A DNA stretch of 62,623 nt, filler included, from Choristocarpus tenellus KU-1152 (GCA_964200185.2; 12 parts of 12 records of this genome joined end to end with filler, not necessarily neighbours in it), one strand, 5' to 3'. Numbered from the whole stretch's first letter, positions 24,561 through 37,502 are shown. The notes: a model not told the origin generated them from the sequence alone. A program made the numbers and translations.

Positions 24561-25368
24561 ATTAGAACAGGCCGACAGTAGATCAGAGGGAACACACACA
24601 CAAACAGGAGAGGAGCAACATAGGACTCTAAGGACAACTGCACTGTTCAGGTGGCAACATTGATTCAAGCACCAGTCAGGGCATGAATCAGATACAGTGA
24701 TGATCGAGCCTAGATCGTTGAAGATCAAGGACCAGTGCACGGAAAAATTGATTTGGTCGCAGCAGCAGCGGTACTGACCGATGTTTTGTCCTATCTGTTT
24801 ATCTATCTATATGAATATATATCTTACCCTCCTCTTATTATCAAACTCAACATGTACTAAAGTCCTCCCAATAATTTCAAGGTTTTCGAGTAGGCTGTGA
24901 ACTAGGTCAACAGCTTGGCAAAATAGTAGTGCATATATATGGTGTGGAGATACAGATGAGAACTATATTTTCATTGAGAAATCTGACAGCGCTCAGTGGT
25001 GCTTGGCACAGTTGTGAGTCATAAGAAACATATGGATGAGCAAGGAAGGGTAGGAAACAGCGTGTGGAGATATCAACGTTCCTTTGGTCACCACTCTAAA
25101 CCAACCCAGGGTACACCACGAAAAAGCTAGATAAGCCCCACACCTCTCTATTGAGGGCAGAGTAAGGCAGAAGTCTGGTGCTCAAAGTTGTTTTGAATAC
25201 TATTTTTGAGGTAATATCTGCCTTCAATTTCACTTAGTATGTAATTTAGAAGGATACAATAGAGCGCAGCTGCTGTTCGGGATAACAAACAGGGTGTGAA
25301 CCGATATATCAAGTCTTCAGTCCACTTCACAATCTTGACATTTGTCAAGAACACTCTATACTTCACAG

Positions 25369-26690
25369 CATGTGCGTCTCCTGCCCCCTGATCTCTGTCT
25401 TGGGTTTGTTCTGGCAGTGATCACCGTGCCAATTTATATCGACACAGTGGTAGCCATTGTGCTTCTCGGGAAAAAAGAGATCCAGTGCCTGAATAGCTGT
25501 TCTCCAAAGGATGATTTGACTAGGAAAGGTTCCAAGGTGCGCCAGGGCAAGGGCAGGGGAAGAGATTACTGCGGGGGGCTGCACGAGAAACACATTTTGT
25601 CACTTTCACGGGCTCTGGATGAGTGCTAAGATTTCCCTTGGGGTACTATTAGCAAGCTCTCGTACTTTCCATTATGAGTACATTCCGTTGTACATTTTCT
25701 ACATCCTTTCTCCATTCTGTGCACACATAACCAAGTAACTTTATCTTGATCCCTTTTGACTCTCCCGCCTATTGATACATATAAGATTGAGGCTGAGGAG
25801 GAACGCATGTACATCAGAAGAACAGCATGCCGCAAATGGGTGCAATACTGGTGTGTCATGCTTCGGCATAATATTTTTGCCTGTGCCCGTGACATCCGCG
25901 AAGGGGTAACATCTCCCTACCCACGCTCATGGGGTCAGCACCGATGTTGTCTCAGGGGCCAAGCTGCACGCTCTGGACCCTCTACTGGTCGTGCTTCCCC
26001 TCCCTATCCTCACAGCATGGTTGCAGGCAATATGGAGGCATTCAATATCAGGGACTTCCCTTGACCCAGCGGCAGGGTCGTCAGTGCACTGGCAGGTGCC
26101 ACCAGCTTGAGCCATGATAGCAAGACAGGGAAAAAACCTCTCTCCTTGAAAATGGGGGTAGTTTAAGGGCTAGCTTAGCATGATCCATCAATGAGAACAA
26201 CAGACGGGGCATCAGGAGACAAGGTTGGTGGCTAGATGGATTGGACAGAACGCTAAATAATAGTGGTAAGATTAGCAGGCCACCAAACTGCTTGTTCTCC
26301 GTTTAACTGCAGATCACTGGAGAGCAGCATCTCCTTAGGGGGAAGGACTTTCATATAATTCCTCCTGAATGATGTGAGCCACCTGGCAGCAAATGGTACT
26401 GCTGTATTGATGTCAGTGCAATAAATGAAGCCACAGTAACTAGTACTGACTGCAGTTCACCTTTGCAGTGGCGGTGATGCAGACTGGCTCGGTTTCGACA
26501 GTCGCAACCTCCGTTTCATCGATATCCTATTGCTGCTGATGCTGTCAGTGTGTACTTGTTTCAAGCAGCATCTCGTAACCGACACATTTTTCCTCACCGA
26601 CCAAGGTCGGATTTTGTCAAGAAAGACAGAAGGCAATGATCTTTATGTAAACATACTACAATCAGTACTATAGCAGTGTTGTTGCACCAA
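25369..26690 (+). pseudogene. Decayed POT/PTR2 (proton-dependent oligopeptide transporter)-like gene
   Basis: Hydrophobic exon-like blocks LGFVLAVITVPIYIDTVVAIVLLGKK (25369-25536), IIFLPVPV..*..AKLHALDPLLVVLPLPILTAWL (25786-26094, frameshift and stop) and DWLGFDSRNLRFIDILLLLML (~26469). They resemble POT-family helices by eye. Confidence 0.4.
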
Positions 26691-27158
26691 GAATTGATTT
26701 TTAATATAGAGGACCTTCCTTACAATAATTGTCGATATTTTGTATCATCATGGCTGTTTGTTCTGTGAAGTGAAGCAAGGAAAAGGTATTCCGATCAGCC
26801 TGTCCGATCCCAGTCAACCACCTGGCCCATTGACTTGCACAAGCACATCATGATCGTCCTTTTTTTCGAAAATTGTTCTTTTCGTCCTAAATCATAGAGA
26901 ATCTGATTTATTACACAGAACCAAGGCGACATATTGCATTTTTGTGTAAGGGGCAGCAGGGCAACATGAGATCCAAGTTGAGTAAAATATATTTAGCACA
27001 AGATATGGCGTAAACCACGGCTTGTCTTGTGCTACAGCCAATATGTTGTACGTAACCAGATCTTCGACCATCCAGACAAATGACCGCAATTCTCGTAGTT
27101 CTATGACTGCTTGAACGACCTTGTTGGGGTTCGACCTTGCTTCTACTTGCCTCCACCT

Positions 27159-27412
27159 GAGCCAAAGTATCTTTGAGGGTAGAGCCGCGTCCATTTAGGG
27201 GCCAAAATTCAATGTTGCGATTTCGATGTAATTTTGGCTATCGTGTTTGCTAGGAAGTGTAAATACCCTTGTTCTAGACACCTTTTTATAACATACATTT
27301 TACCTACTCCGAAATATTTTTGTCGAGGGAATTTGTCATAAAACCCCGAGGGAAGTCAAGCCCCAAATGGACAAACAGGACAAAACTCCTACCCCCTGAG
27401 ATACTTTCACTC
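27159..27412 (-). mobile_element. MITE family A, full length
   Basis: TIRs; ACCT/ACCT duplication. Confidence 0.92.
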
Positions 27413-29062
27413 ACCTGCACTACTCCCCCTCCACCTCGTTTCCACACTACACTTAGTATTGTGGATAGAAAACGTTTTTGACAGGCTAATTTGCAGAGTC
27501 TTTACGTAGAGAATGCGGGGGTATGTATACAATTTCATCCTTCCCTCCCGCTGTCACCTGACTGGGTGCAACCTCACTTACTTGAACGCTCTCTCATTAT
27601 TTTCTTGTAGCAAATCACACAAACACACACACTTGTCAAATGTGAAAAACTATAACGATGAACACCATCAAAATGGAATGTTTTCCTTCCTGTGTGTGGC
27701 ACACAAAGATGTCACTGTCAGGTCGCCCTACTACTCTTCTTCCTGTAAGAGCCTTCCTGTCTTAGAGAGGAGGGGTGTTGGTGAGTATTTCAGGTCCTCG
27801 TCACTGTCTTTTGGTGAATTCTTTCTACCACCTTTTTGGAGGCGATTTCATGGCTTATGTGGATGAATGCTTACCTCCTCGTCCTCAGCCACAGTCTCGG
27901 AAGAGGGGCAGCTGCTTTCATCGGCATGGGAAACGGCGTTACCTAGAAAATTCAGAGAGCCTTACTATATGCAGAGTATTCAAAAGCGTCTAAATCGGAC
28001 CCCCTTCATGTACAGCTTGTTTTAAAGGATGGTTGCTGTCCAACACGGCGATTATGTTGTATTGCGAAGGTTGGTGTATTAATTGGGCGATTCAAATAAT
28101 CCGGAGTATAATTATATACTCCGTATGTATACTCTCTCTGTCCCGTAAGTCTGTTCCTTTATGCATGTACCTCTTCGGGATGACGTCCGATTCCAAAAAG
28201 GATCTTTGCGTTGGATTCCTTGGAGCGAATATTCAACGAGTGCGATGTAGAAATGTCAGAGGGCATAATAATAAAATATATGGGTACACATATTGTTTTT
28301 TGGGGGGGGCAAAAAAAATTTCGAATGTCATGCTGCGGTAAGTTGTGTTTTTGGTCGTATTGGACAGATACGCTTTAAAGTAGACAGAAATTCCTGTCAA
28401 AACGGTATATACACCCCTCACCTGCAAAGCTTGAATCTTGTTGGCGGTCGCATGTGAACCTCCCAACTCTTACATATTTTGGCAATGCCGTAAGCGTCGC
28501 TGTCTCAGTCCTACCATCACACCTGGACCAAATTACTTCACTTGGCACAAATATCAGTACAGACACTGCCTCCGTGGAATTTGTGTCGCAGTGGACCTGG
28601 ATGGGGATGACGAAATGAGGTGTACTTTGCTTGGTACAATCCTGATGAGTGTGTTTCTGATCGTGAGAGGAGTGACAAGGGCAACAGTGGTGATGAGCCT
28701 ACCATTGTGTCAATCACTTCTCCTCCGACTGGAAAAAAAATCCCTTACCAATGACAGCTTCTTGACCTTGACATCGAGGCTGGTGAGCTCCCAACCAACA
28801 ACAACAGCATCACTAGGGCTCAGGAATGGCAGAAGCATGTAGTTGAAGTCTTGGCGCAGAACCTTATGGATGAGCTAGTCGAGGTAGTTTGTGTTGTAAG
28901 CACTGCAAGTAACGGTGGTGAGGAAGGGGGCGAGTTATCAGGAGAGCAGAGTGAGACACAGGATGATGGTGACAAGGGTGGTGGCGGTGGAGGAGCAAGT
29001 CTTTGTTCACCTCCCCTTTTTAAAGTGGCACCACATTTTCCTTAAATTGGAGGCGGAGGCGA

Positions 29063-29320
29063 GAGTAAAAGTATCTTGGAGGGTACGATATTTGCCCTGT
29101 TTGTTCGTTTTAGGCTTGGCTTCCCACGGGTTCTTTGAGACACTTTACGTACTCCGAAATGCTTCAGAGTACGTAGAATGTATACACTATAAAATGGTGT
29201 TTACAGAACAAGGATATTGACACTTCCTAACAAACACGATAGCCAAAATGACATCAAAATCGCAACATTGGATTTTGGTCCCAAAAGGACGTGGCTCTAC
29301 CCTCTAAGATACTTTGACTC
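29063..29320 (+). mobile_element. MITE family A, full length
   Basis: TIRs; CGA/TGA flanks. Confidence 0.92.
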
Positions 29321-29599
29321 TGAAAGAGAGTGGATTAGATTGGACCTACACATTGTTGCACAAGGCTAAAATGGAGTTTTGGAATGAGTGCTTTCGCTTC
29401 AAAGCCCTTGAATGCAGACAGATATCAGGCACTTCTTTGACTGATGGGAGTTCTAGTATGTGATTGTGTTCTCTTCACAAATGAAATAGAATGGGTACCT
29501 CACACCCCAGTGAAAAATAAACTCACGAACATGTCCTGGACTCGTCGATTTTTTCGTGTTGGTAAATTATTTTTTGAAAAGTGTCACTTTAAGGCGTAT

Positions 29600-29675
29600 G
29601 TGTTATATTTTTATTATTATGCCCTCCGACATTTTGCAGATGTGTCAGGGGGGAAACCAATGAAAACTATATATA
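29600..29675 (+). repeat. Dispersed repeat family D (hairpin-containing). Other copies at ~2295-2345 (+), 15431-15495 (-), 28250-28280 (-), 46680-46752 (-), 53275-53320 (-), 53460-53480 (-)
   Basis: Consensus TTATTATGCCCTCTGACATTTTGCAGATGTGTCAGGGGGAAACCAATGAAAACTATA; 29600-29675 is nearly the reverse complement of 46680-46752. Confidence 0.8.
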
Positions 29676-29949
29676 TGTCGTTATTAGCCCTAANNNNNNN
29701 NNNNNNNNNNNNNNNNNNNNNNNNNNNNNNNNNNNNNTTAATTAATTAANNNNNNNNNNNNNNNNNNNNNNNNNNNNNNNNNNNNNNNNNNNNCCTTTAC
29801 CAATCGTATCTGTCGTAATTGCACTGCAACACCCCTTTCTTTCTTTTTTTTTTTTTTTTGGGGGGGGGGGCGAATTAGACCGTTTTCAGTCTTTACTACT
29901 AGACGTAGGGTTATTATTATTAGTATCTTATAGAATTTTCTACCTGACA

Positions 29950-30215
29950 CCTAACCCTAACCCTAACCCCCTAACCCGATTTCCTGCACACGAAGTGCAG
30001 TCAACCCTAACCCTAACCCATTCAAAGGTTGAATGGCAGTGGCTGTAGAAGAGGAGACAAAACCTCAATTAGATAGGTGATGAATTGTGCTCCAGAGTGA
30101 TGGAGGAGCATGTACCAGAAGGCAGTTGTGGGGGGCTGCAAATAGTTGAATAGTTAACAACATCCCTCCAAGATACGATTGCTCAACCCTAACCCTTACC
30201 CTAACCCTAACCCAC
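29950..30215. repeat. Interstitial telomere-type (TAACCC/TTAGGG)n tracts; also at ~30925, ~31450, ~32008, ~39266 and 57404-57433
   Basis: Short runs of CCCTAA/TTAGGG seen directly. Confidence 0.85.
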
Positions 30216-30471
30216 TAGGTGGTCTCTATGTCATGAAATGAACAGAAAATATCACCTTCCATGTGTGTGTTTTGACGACTGCATCTCTAACTTGGACACA
30301 GTGTTTTTGTAAAAAGCAATGATGATTTTCCCGACAGATATTTATTGATATCTAAGAATGATATTTCATTTTATTTTATTTTAATGATAATAAAGTAATA
30401 ACAATAATAGACCCTGGGTTTTCATAAAAACAATGTTTTTTACGACAATATTTTATTGATTTCTAACATTG

Positions 30472-30507
<36 letters not shown>

Positions 30508-33500
30508 TTTTTGATAATGAAGTAATAACAACATTGGTGTGGCTTCTTTGGTCCTCAACCTGTGTCATCTGTTGTTGTGTTGTGTTTTATTGTTGTGTTG
30601 TGATACCCCAAGGGCAAGCTTTTCGTTGGAGTTTGTTGATGGCATCAAATCAAGTCTCCCGATGGCTTCCTCCAAGTTGTCAGACATGGCTAAGTCCGCT
30701 GCAGCTAGGGCGAAAAGTTTGGTGGAAGCTGTTCCGTCTGCTGGAGATGGGGATGAGGCCATGGAGGAAGCGCTGTCTGCCCTGGAGGATTATTTGGAGT
30801 TGGCCATTAGCAAGGTGTATGTGTGTGTGCTGCTGTGTGGCATTATTATTTTTATTATTATTATTACCTGGTTTTTATTTCATTGTAGTGTTTATTTTTT
30901 GTTATTGTAACGTTTATTAGAGAAAGGGTTAGGGTTATGTTGAGGATGTAAGCAGGTTTGAAACTGGTGTTGACTGTTCGGGGACAGGGTTAGGGTTTTG
31001 TGGGAGTTCTTGAAATGGAGGAGGCGTTCCCTGTGATTGGAGAGACTTGTAGGAATTGGCAATTTTGAGTTGGGTTGTTTCTCTGTGTGAAGCGTTAGTT
31101 GATAGGTTGTAGAGATTGATTGTTAGTTGATAGGTGGTAGAGATTGATTGTTAGTTGATAGGTGGTAGAGATTGATTGTTAGTTGATAGGTGGTAAAGAT
31201 TGATTGTTAGTTGATAGGTGGTAAAGATTGATTGTTAGTTGATAGGTTGTAGAGATTGATTGTTAGTTGATAGGTGGTAAAGATTGATTGTTAGTTGATA
31301 GGTTGTAGAGATTGTTGGTTGATAGGTTGTAGAGATTGATTGTTAGTTGATAGGTGGTAAAGATTGATTGTTGGTTGGTTGGTTGTTCTGAATGAGGGTT
31401 GGTGATGGGAGGAAATTTAGGCATGTTGCATTGTGTATGATTTATATATTGGGTTAGGGTTAGGGTTGGAAAAGGAACGAGTTTTTTTTGTTGAGGATAT
31501 GATGTTAAGTGGAAGTGTCCTTTTGGGTGGGGGGAGGGGGGAGCGTCCTTTTTTTTTGTCTTCTGAGGGTTGAATGTTGTTGGCTAAAGCATATTTGATT
31601 TTAGAGTAGGGTGTGTCTGATCAACTCTTCTGAGGTGTAAGAGGCCCTAAGGTGGATGGGGTGAATTTGTAATGGTATTCTATTGGTCTGAAATTGTAAT
31701 GGTATTCTATTGGGGTGAAATTGTAATGGTATTCTATTGGTCTGAAATTGTAATGGTATTCTATTGGGGTGAAATTGTAATGGTATTCTATTGGTCTGAA
31801 AGTTGCTGTTCGCATCATTATTTTTTGTATTGATATTGCTATTGGTTTGAAGTGTTTTTTTCCCTTGGCACATGGTTATTATTATTATTGTTATTTTTAT
31901 TTTACTTCAATTTATTTGATCAAACATTTTTATTTATGCACATTATTACTATTGTTATTTCAGCAATCTGATACCATGCTCTGTGTGTGTGTGTGCGTGT
32001 GTTGTCTATAACCCTAACCCTAAGTAGAAATAATAATAATAATCACAGTAAATGTTTTGGTAAAAGTAATGATTGCATGATGTGGCACTTGTTGCAATGA
32101 CATGTAGGTAGAGCGGAAGAATGCTGATCTGTTGGCAGAGGCTGGGAAGAGGGAAGAGGAACACCTCAAGGCTGCCACTGATCTGTTCAAACAAACCTTG
32201 GATCAGGACATGAACAAGCTTAGGGCTGACAGTCAACCTTATCAGGCAAGAGAGGAGAGGGATGGGGGGGTATAGACATGAGAACTGTGATATGATACTG
32301 TTGAAAAATCCCAACTTATATTTTATTTTGTTATTCTGTTGTAACTGCCAATTTTTAGTATTACATCATCAGTGTCCTCAAGAGACATTGTTAAAAGAAG
32401 TAAGATGAGTTTTTTTCAGTTTTTGTTCAATTTTTTTTTAATGGTAGGGGGGGGGGGGGAGTGAGAGATATTGCCCTGACTTGAAGGGTACCTTGCTTGG
32501 CCTCATGAGTGAGACACAAAAAAATGATAGAAATAATTGAAAGGCGTTTTGATTTGACATTTTTTTTCTATTTTTCAGTGTGGTATGATGACAAAGGGTG
32601 TAGAGCTAGCTCTATAGCCCCACTACTGCCACCAGATCAGTCCTCAAGAAGTGGTATGTACAGAATGGCTACTGTGTTGACGTTGTTATCTTTGGATACA
32701 CCTCTCAGCGATTGCCATCTTACCTTATGACCAACCCTCCACTTCCTAGTTGACGGAAATTGGGATTTCCTTGATTAGTAGGCGTTGAATGGGGGTTCTA
32801 GTTGGCTAGAAGGATCCCTTTATTTTTATTATTATTTTGTTGATGGAAATAACCCCAGCTTGGTTCTGCAGAACTTACTCCACATTTAAATAAATATATA
32901 AATAAAAAAAGGAAAGAGAGGTTACATACATACATACATACATAAACACACACACACATACATACACACATACATACATACATACATACATACATACACA
33001 CACACATACATACACACACCCCACCCCCTCTTTTTATTATTGCTCGACTGACTTTTATAACGACCATTTTTTGTATGTTTTTTTTTAATAATTATTGTTG
33101 CACAACTTACTTTTATAACGACCATTTTTTGTACATTTTTATTATTTTATTATTATTATTGCATAACTGACTTTTATAACGACCTTCCTAGGCGTTACTG
33201 TTCATAGTACTGACCACTCTGTAGTGTGTAGTGTATGTACAATATACAGTTTTTATATTTTTTGGGGGGTCAATAAAATAAGTTTGAAAGATACGTTTGT
33301 AATGATGGGATGTGTGTGTGTGTATCCCCCACCCAGTCGACTTTTTTCCTCATCTTTTTATTTATTTATTTATTTTTGGGACTGGAATAGTTTTATGTTT
33401 GTATTATTATTTTTACCCAATGGGGTGGCAAACCTACATATTTCATTCCATTTTTTGTTGCTGTTGTTTTTATATTTGCACCAATAGATATCGTTTTTGT

Positions 33501-33780
33501 GTTGTTTTCAGCCAATCGGATGCGTGCGTGCGTTCATTTTTGTTTTTTTTTGTGTTGATATTATTGGTTCCAGGTGTCTCGAGTCAAAGCTGCAGGGCAA
33601 GGGGCATCCAATCGAGCAGTAGCCTTACTGAACCAGACCCTCTCCGCCAGTGGTTGCCTTCCAGAGCATATTGATGCTCTCATTGGCCGGTTGAAGGAGG
33701 GGGTACATGCAAGAATGACGGAGGAGATGTCTCTCTATAGGAAGGCCTGTGTGATGGCTATGATGAAGTTGGCAGAGGAG
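30040..33780 (+). CDS. Internal exons of an unidentified alpha-helical/coiled-coil protein
   Basis: Phase-compatible, stop-free exons in AT-rich introns: 30040-30076; 30613-30814 (ASFSLEFVDGIK...EALSALEDYLELAISK); 32108-32245 (VERKNADLLAEAGKREEEHLK..., GC donor); 33574-33780 (VSRVKAAG...MMKLAEE). Confidence 0.65.
31096..31370 (+). repeat. Minisatellite, 28-bp unit TTAGTTGATAGGT(G/T)GTA(G/A)AGATTGATTG, about 10 copies
   Basis: Direct tandem repeats without spacers. Confidence 0.95.
31662..31800 (+). repeat. Minisatellite, 27-bp unit TGAAATTGTAATGGTATTCTATTGG(TC/GG), 5 copies
   Basis: Tandem units alternate TC and GG endings. Confidence 0.95.
32923..33020 (+). repeat. (TACA)n/(CA)n microsatellite; another (TACA)n at 37471-37545 and an (ATT)n-rich tract at 38590-38855
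   Basis: Seen directly. Confidence 0.95.
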
Positions 33781-34018
33781 GTCAGTAGTGATAGTAAACC
33801 TTCAAGTGTACAGTACCATGGTATAGTCTGCACTGTATGGGGGGGGAGGGGGNNNNNNNNNNNNNNNNNNNNNNNNNNNNNNNNNNNNNNNNNNNNTTAA
33901 TTAATTAANNNNNNNNNNNNNNNNNNNNNNNNNNNNNNNNNNNNNNNNNNNNTTTTTTTTTTAACAAAAAACAGGACAAGAGCGGTGTGGGGGGGGGGGG
34001 GGCGCCCGCGTGCTCCCC

Positions 34019-34050
<32 letters not shown>

Positions 34051-34499
34051 AGATCTTTTAGGTTAAGAGTTGAAGAATGGTTGTGAAAAAAAGTAACGAG
34101 GAGGGTTACTATATCAGGCCACGCATAGCAAATAAAAGTGTAACCATCTCGGAAGCATTGAGTGTCGTTAATGTGTTTAGTGTACACTTGTCGAAGAGGA
34201 ATGCATGCCGCTGATTACCTTTCTCTCAGAGGAAGGTGATGTATCCATCATCTTGCCTTTTCTCTTTGAGGAAAAAAGTGCGTATCTATTTTCCATCCTA
34301 GAGCGTTTACCAAGAAAAGTGTGTTGAACTTTCTTCTCTGCTGGACAGGAGAATCGCTCTCACGTAGACTTGAATATCTTTTTCGGAGGATCTTAAGAAA
34401 AGGTATTCGGGTCATGCCTACTACCAATATTGTTTCCCCCAGAGGGTAAAGTGTGAAACGTGACATTTGGGATAGTGGAAGGATTACCTTAATGGGATG

Positions 34500-36529
34500 G
34501 TTCTAGGAGCATCATTCTGTAGACAACACAAAAAGAGCATACTGTCCTTTAGAGAAGGTGAAGGCTTTCGACCATCTCTACAATCACCGTGGACACTTTT
34601 TTATCGAGCTGTAGCACCCAGATATCGTGATAACATTGTACCTTTGTCGGCACTGGGCGAGTGGCAAGCAGCAGCTACACCCACGACCCGATCATCCAAA
34701 TATCACAGAATGCCTCCTAACACTCCCCGACCAGTTGGATCTGGAGAAAGCTCCCCTGACACACTCCTCCGATACCCAAGATACATTAGTACACTAGCTG
34801 GTGAACATACACAAAACCAGTGGAGGAAGATGCAAGCTTCTTCGATACGGATCCAGAAGCAAGTATGTCAGTCATAGACCTTACGCAGGACAAGGACCCT
34901 CTGACCCCATCGCTAGAGGATCCAGGTCTACTACCCCTCTCAGCAGAAGTAGTATGGAAAGATGACGACGGGATTTTACAATGGGGATTGCGTCTGTCAG
35001 AAGTAGCACTTGTGGAAGGGTTTGCTATAAAAAATTACAAAGGATCCTTCAAAGGGGCACAAGAGCAATCCAGGCAGTTGGTGGTGATTGAGCCTTTTAT
35101 CAGAGTATAACTTGGAATTAGGAAATGCCGTTGGAGTTGTCAGAGGTGTACAGTGGTGGGAACCAAGGTACCCCTAATTTACTGCAAACTGGTAAACACG
35201 TGCACAACAAACCAAGTGGCATGCAAACAGGGTTGCCTGTTGCAAAAGCAATTGCTCTGGATACTCATGACACGGAAAGGATGGCTGTACTCTTTCAGAG
35301 ACAAAGCAGATCCTCGCAAGACCCCCAAAGAACACAGGTCCTGCCTGCCACAGCCTAGTTCCCAGCCAAGTCGTTCTCCAAGCCCAGAAAAGATCAGTGA
35401 CTGTTCAGTATAAGAGAAGGATGACACTCCTTCATGTGAAGCCAGAGAGGTCCTGAGTCAACGTATCTTAGAGTGTAGAGCCGCGTCCATTTGGGGGCTA
35501 AAATCCAATGTTGCGATTTTGATGTAATTTTGGCTATTTCGTGTTTATTAGGAGGTGTCAGTATCTATGTTTCGGATACACCTTTTCATAACGTACACAT
35601 TTTGCTTACTCCTAAACATTTTCGATAGGAAAATGTCATAAAAAAAAACATGGGAAGCCCAGCCCCAAATGGACGAACAGAGCAAAACTCGTACCCTCTA
35701 AGATACTTTGACTCTCCTGCATCAATCGGTGAGCCTTAGTGATGCCAATATGATAAATTTAGGGGTATTCCCAGAGGACCCTAAAAGAGTTTCCCATACT
35801 CTAGAGGAGCATTGCATATACCACTATCTATAGCTATAGATATAGCATCAGTATTTTTTCAATTAGAGATAGCAAAGAAAGACAAACATAATAGGGCCTT
35901 CTGTGATGCTCGTGGACAGCTATGGGAGTTATAACAGGTGTGGCTCTTGGCTTGAAAACCTTGCCTGCAGCTTTCTCTAGTCACATGAGAGAGGCGTTAG
36001 GAGTATTCAAAGGAAACGATGTAGAGAACTGACTAGACGACCGTTTTTGCTACGCTTCATCATTTGATGAGCACATCACCAAACTCCGCCTCCTACTGAC
36101 CAGACTAAAGCAATATGGGTTGTCTGTGAATGTTCCAAAATCCTTGTGGTGCATGCCCTCACAGGAATTTGTAGGGGTTAAGGTGTGGGTAGAGATGACC
36201 TGGGCCCTGCTCCACATCAAAAATGATAGCAGTAGCAAAGCTTGATCCCCCGTCAACACTTGGGCAGCTGAGATTTTTTTGGGGGGTGACAGGATACATG
36301 CGACAGTATGTTACAAACTGTGGCCAACTGGCTGCACCACTAACTGACATTCCCCGGAATAAAGGACATGCTCCCAAAAGATACAGGAAGAAGCATATCC
36401 CTTGGACGAGCAGAAGGCACTTGAAGGACTTAAGGTACGTCCGATTTCTCCACCAATTCTAATCTTTCTAGACTGGGATAAACCGTTTCTTCTCCATACA
36501 GATGTAAGTGAGGATGAGGCTGGAGCAAC
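34500..36529 (+). mobile_element. Ty3/Gypsy LTR retrotransposon relic (RT-RNaseH, with decayed upstream region)
   Basis: Frameshifted peptides at 35830-36529: LDD..SSFDEHITKLRLLLTRLKQYGLSVN, PSTLGQLRFFWGVTGYMRQYVTNCGQLAAPLTD, SPPILIFLDWDKPFLLHTDVS. Assignment of the upstream part is weaker. Confidence 0.85.
35455..35714 (-). mobile_element. MITE family A nested in the Gypsy relic
   Basis: TIRs; TCCT/TCCT duplication. Confidence 0.92.
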
Positions 36530-36790
36530 GAGTGGAAGTATCTTAGAATGTACGACGTTTGCCCTGTTTGTCCATTTGGGGGCTTGGCTTCCCTTGTTCT
36601 TTTTAATGACATTTTCCTACTCCAAAATGTTTCGGAGTAGGTAAATTGTGTAAGTTATGAAAAAGGTGTGTCCGGAACAAGGATATTGACACTTCCTAAC
36701 AAACACAGTAGTCAAGATGACATCAAAATCGCAAAATTGGAATTTGACCCCCAAATGGACGCGGCTCTATTCTCTAAGATACTTTGGCTC
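36530..36790 (+). mobile_element. MITE family A nested in the Gypsy RNaseH region
   Basis: TIRs; AAC/AAC duplication. Confidence 0.92.
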
Positions 36791-36808
36791 AACCCTGGCC
36801 CAAGTACA

Positions 36809-36900
36809 GACCCAAAGTATCCGGGGGGGAGTGGGAGGGGGCTACACCAGGGTGTCCATTTGGACCAAATTCAGGAAATGTACATTTACGTTATCCATCC
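36809..36900 (+). mobile_element. MITE family B, truncated by gap
   Basis: GACCCAAAGTATCCGGGGGG terminus. Confidence 0.85.
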
Positions 36901-37164
36901 NNNNNNNNNNNNNNNNNNNNNNNNNNNNNNNNNNNNNNNNNNNNTTAATTAATTAANNNNNNNNNNNNNNNNNNNNNNNNNNNNNNNNNNNNNNNNNNNN
37001 CCCCACTATCTCAGGGCACTCTCAATCACTCAAGAAAAAAAAGAAGTAAATAAATAAAAAACAATCATTCCTGTATGTTAAATAGGCTTTCAGTCCATTC
37101 AGCAGTATGGAACGGTATACTATGACTAAGAAAAAAACCGGTGATAGTACAGATGCGGCGCTCC

Positions 37165-37302
37165 TGGGGGTAAATAAATAAATAAATAAATACATAAATA
37201 CACCACTCACTTGGGGGTAAATAAATAAATAAATACACCACTCACTTGGGGGTAAATAAATAAATACATACACCACTCACTTGGGGGTAAATAAATAAAT
37301 AC
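37165..37302 (+). repeat. Short tandem repeat GGGGTAAATAAATAAATAAATACACCACTCACTT, about 4 copies
   Basis: Seen directly; the number of TAAA units varies between copies. Confidence 0.9.
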
Positions 37303-37502
37303 ATGCCATGGAGCCACTCCGACAACCGTCGATTTTCAACAAGGAGAAAGTGAGAAATTTCTACAAGAAATTTCTGGTTTAATCGGCAGCACGCCTGCGA
37401 AAACGCTTCACAACTTAACAAACTGAACCATTCATGTGCACATAATTCCGAAACACTTTGAATGAGTATATACATACATACATACATACATACATACATA
37501 CA

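Noticed and set aside
32579-32653. Possible additional exon in the coiled-coil gene
   Set aside because: It has acceptor- and donor-like sites, but no phase joins it to the flanking exons without a stop.
36668-36952. Recurrent short ORFs such as MSGTRILTLPNKH, ESILEGTSF and CTFIIHP
   Set aside because: They are chance frames within non-coding MITE families A and B, not a gene family.
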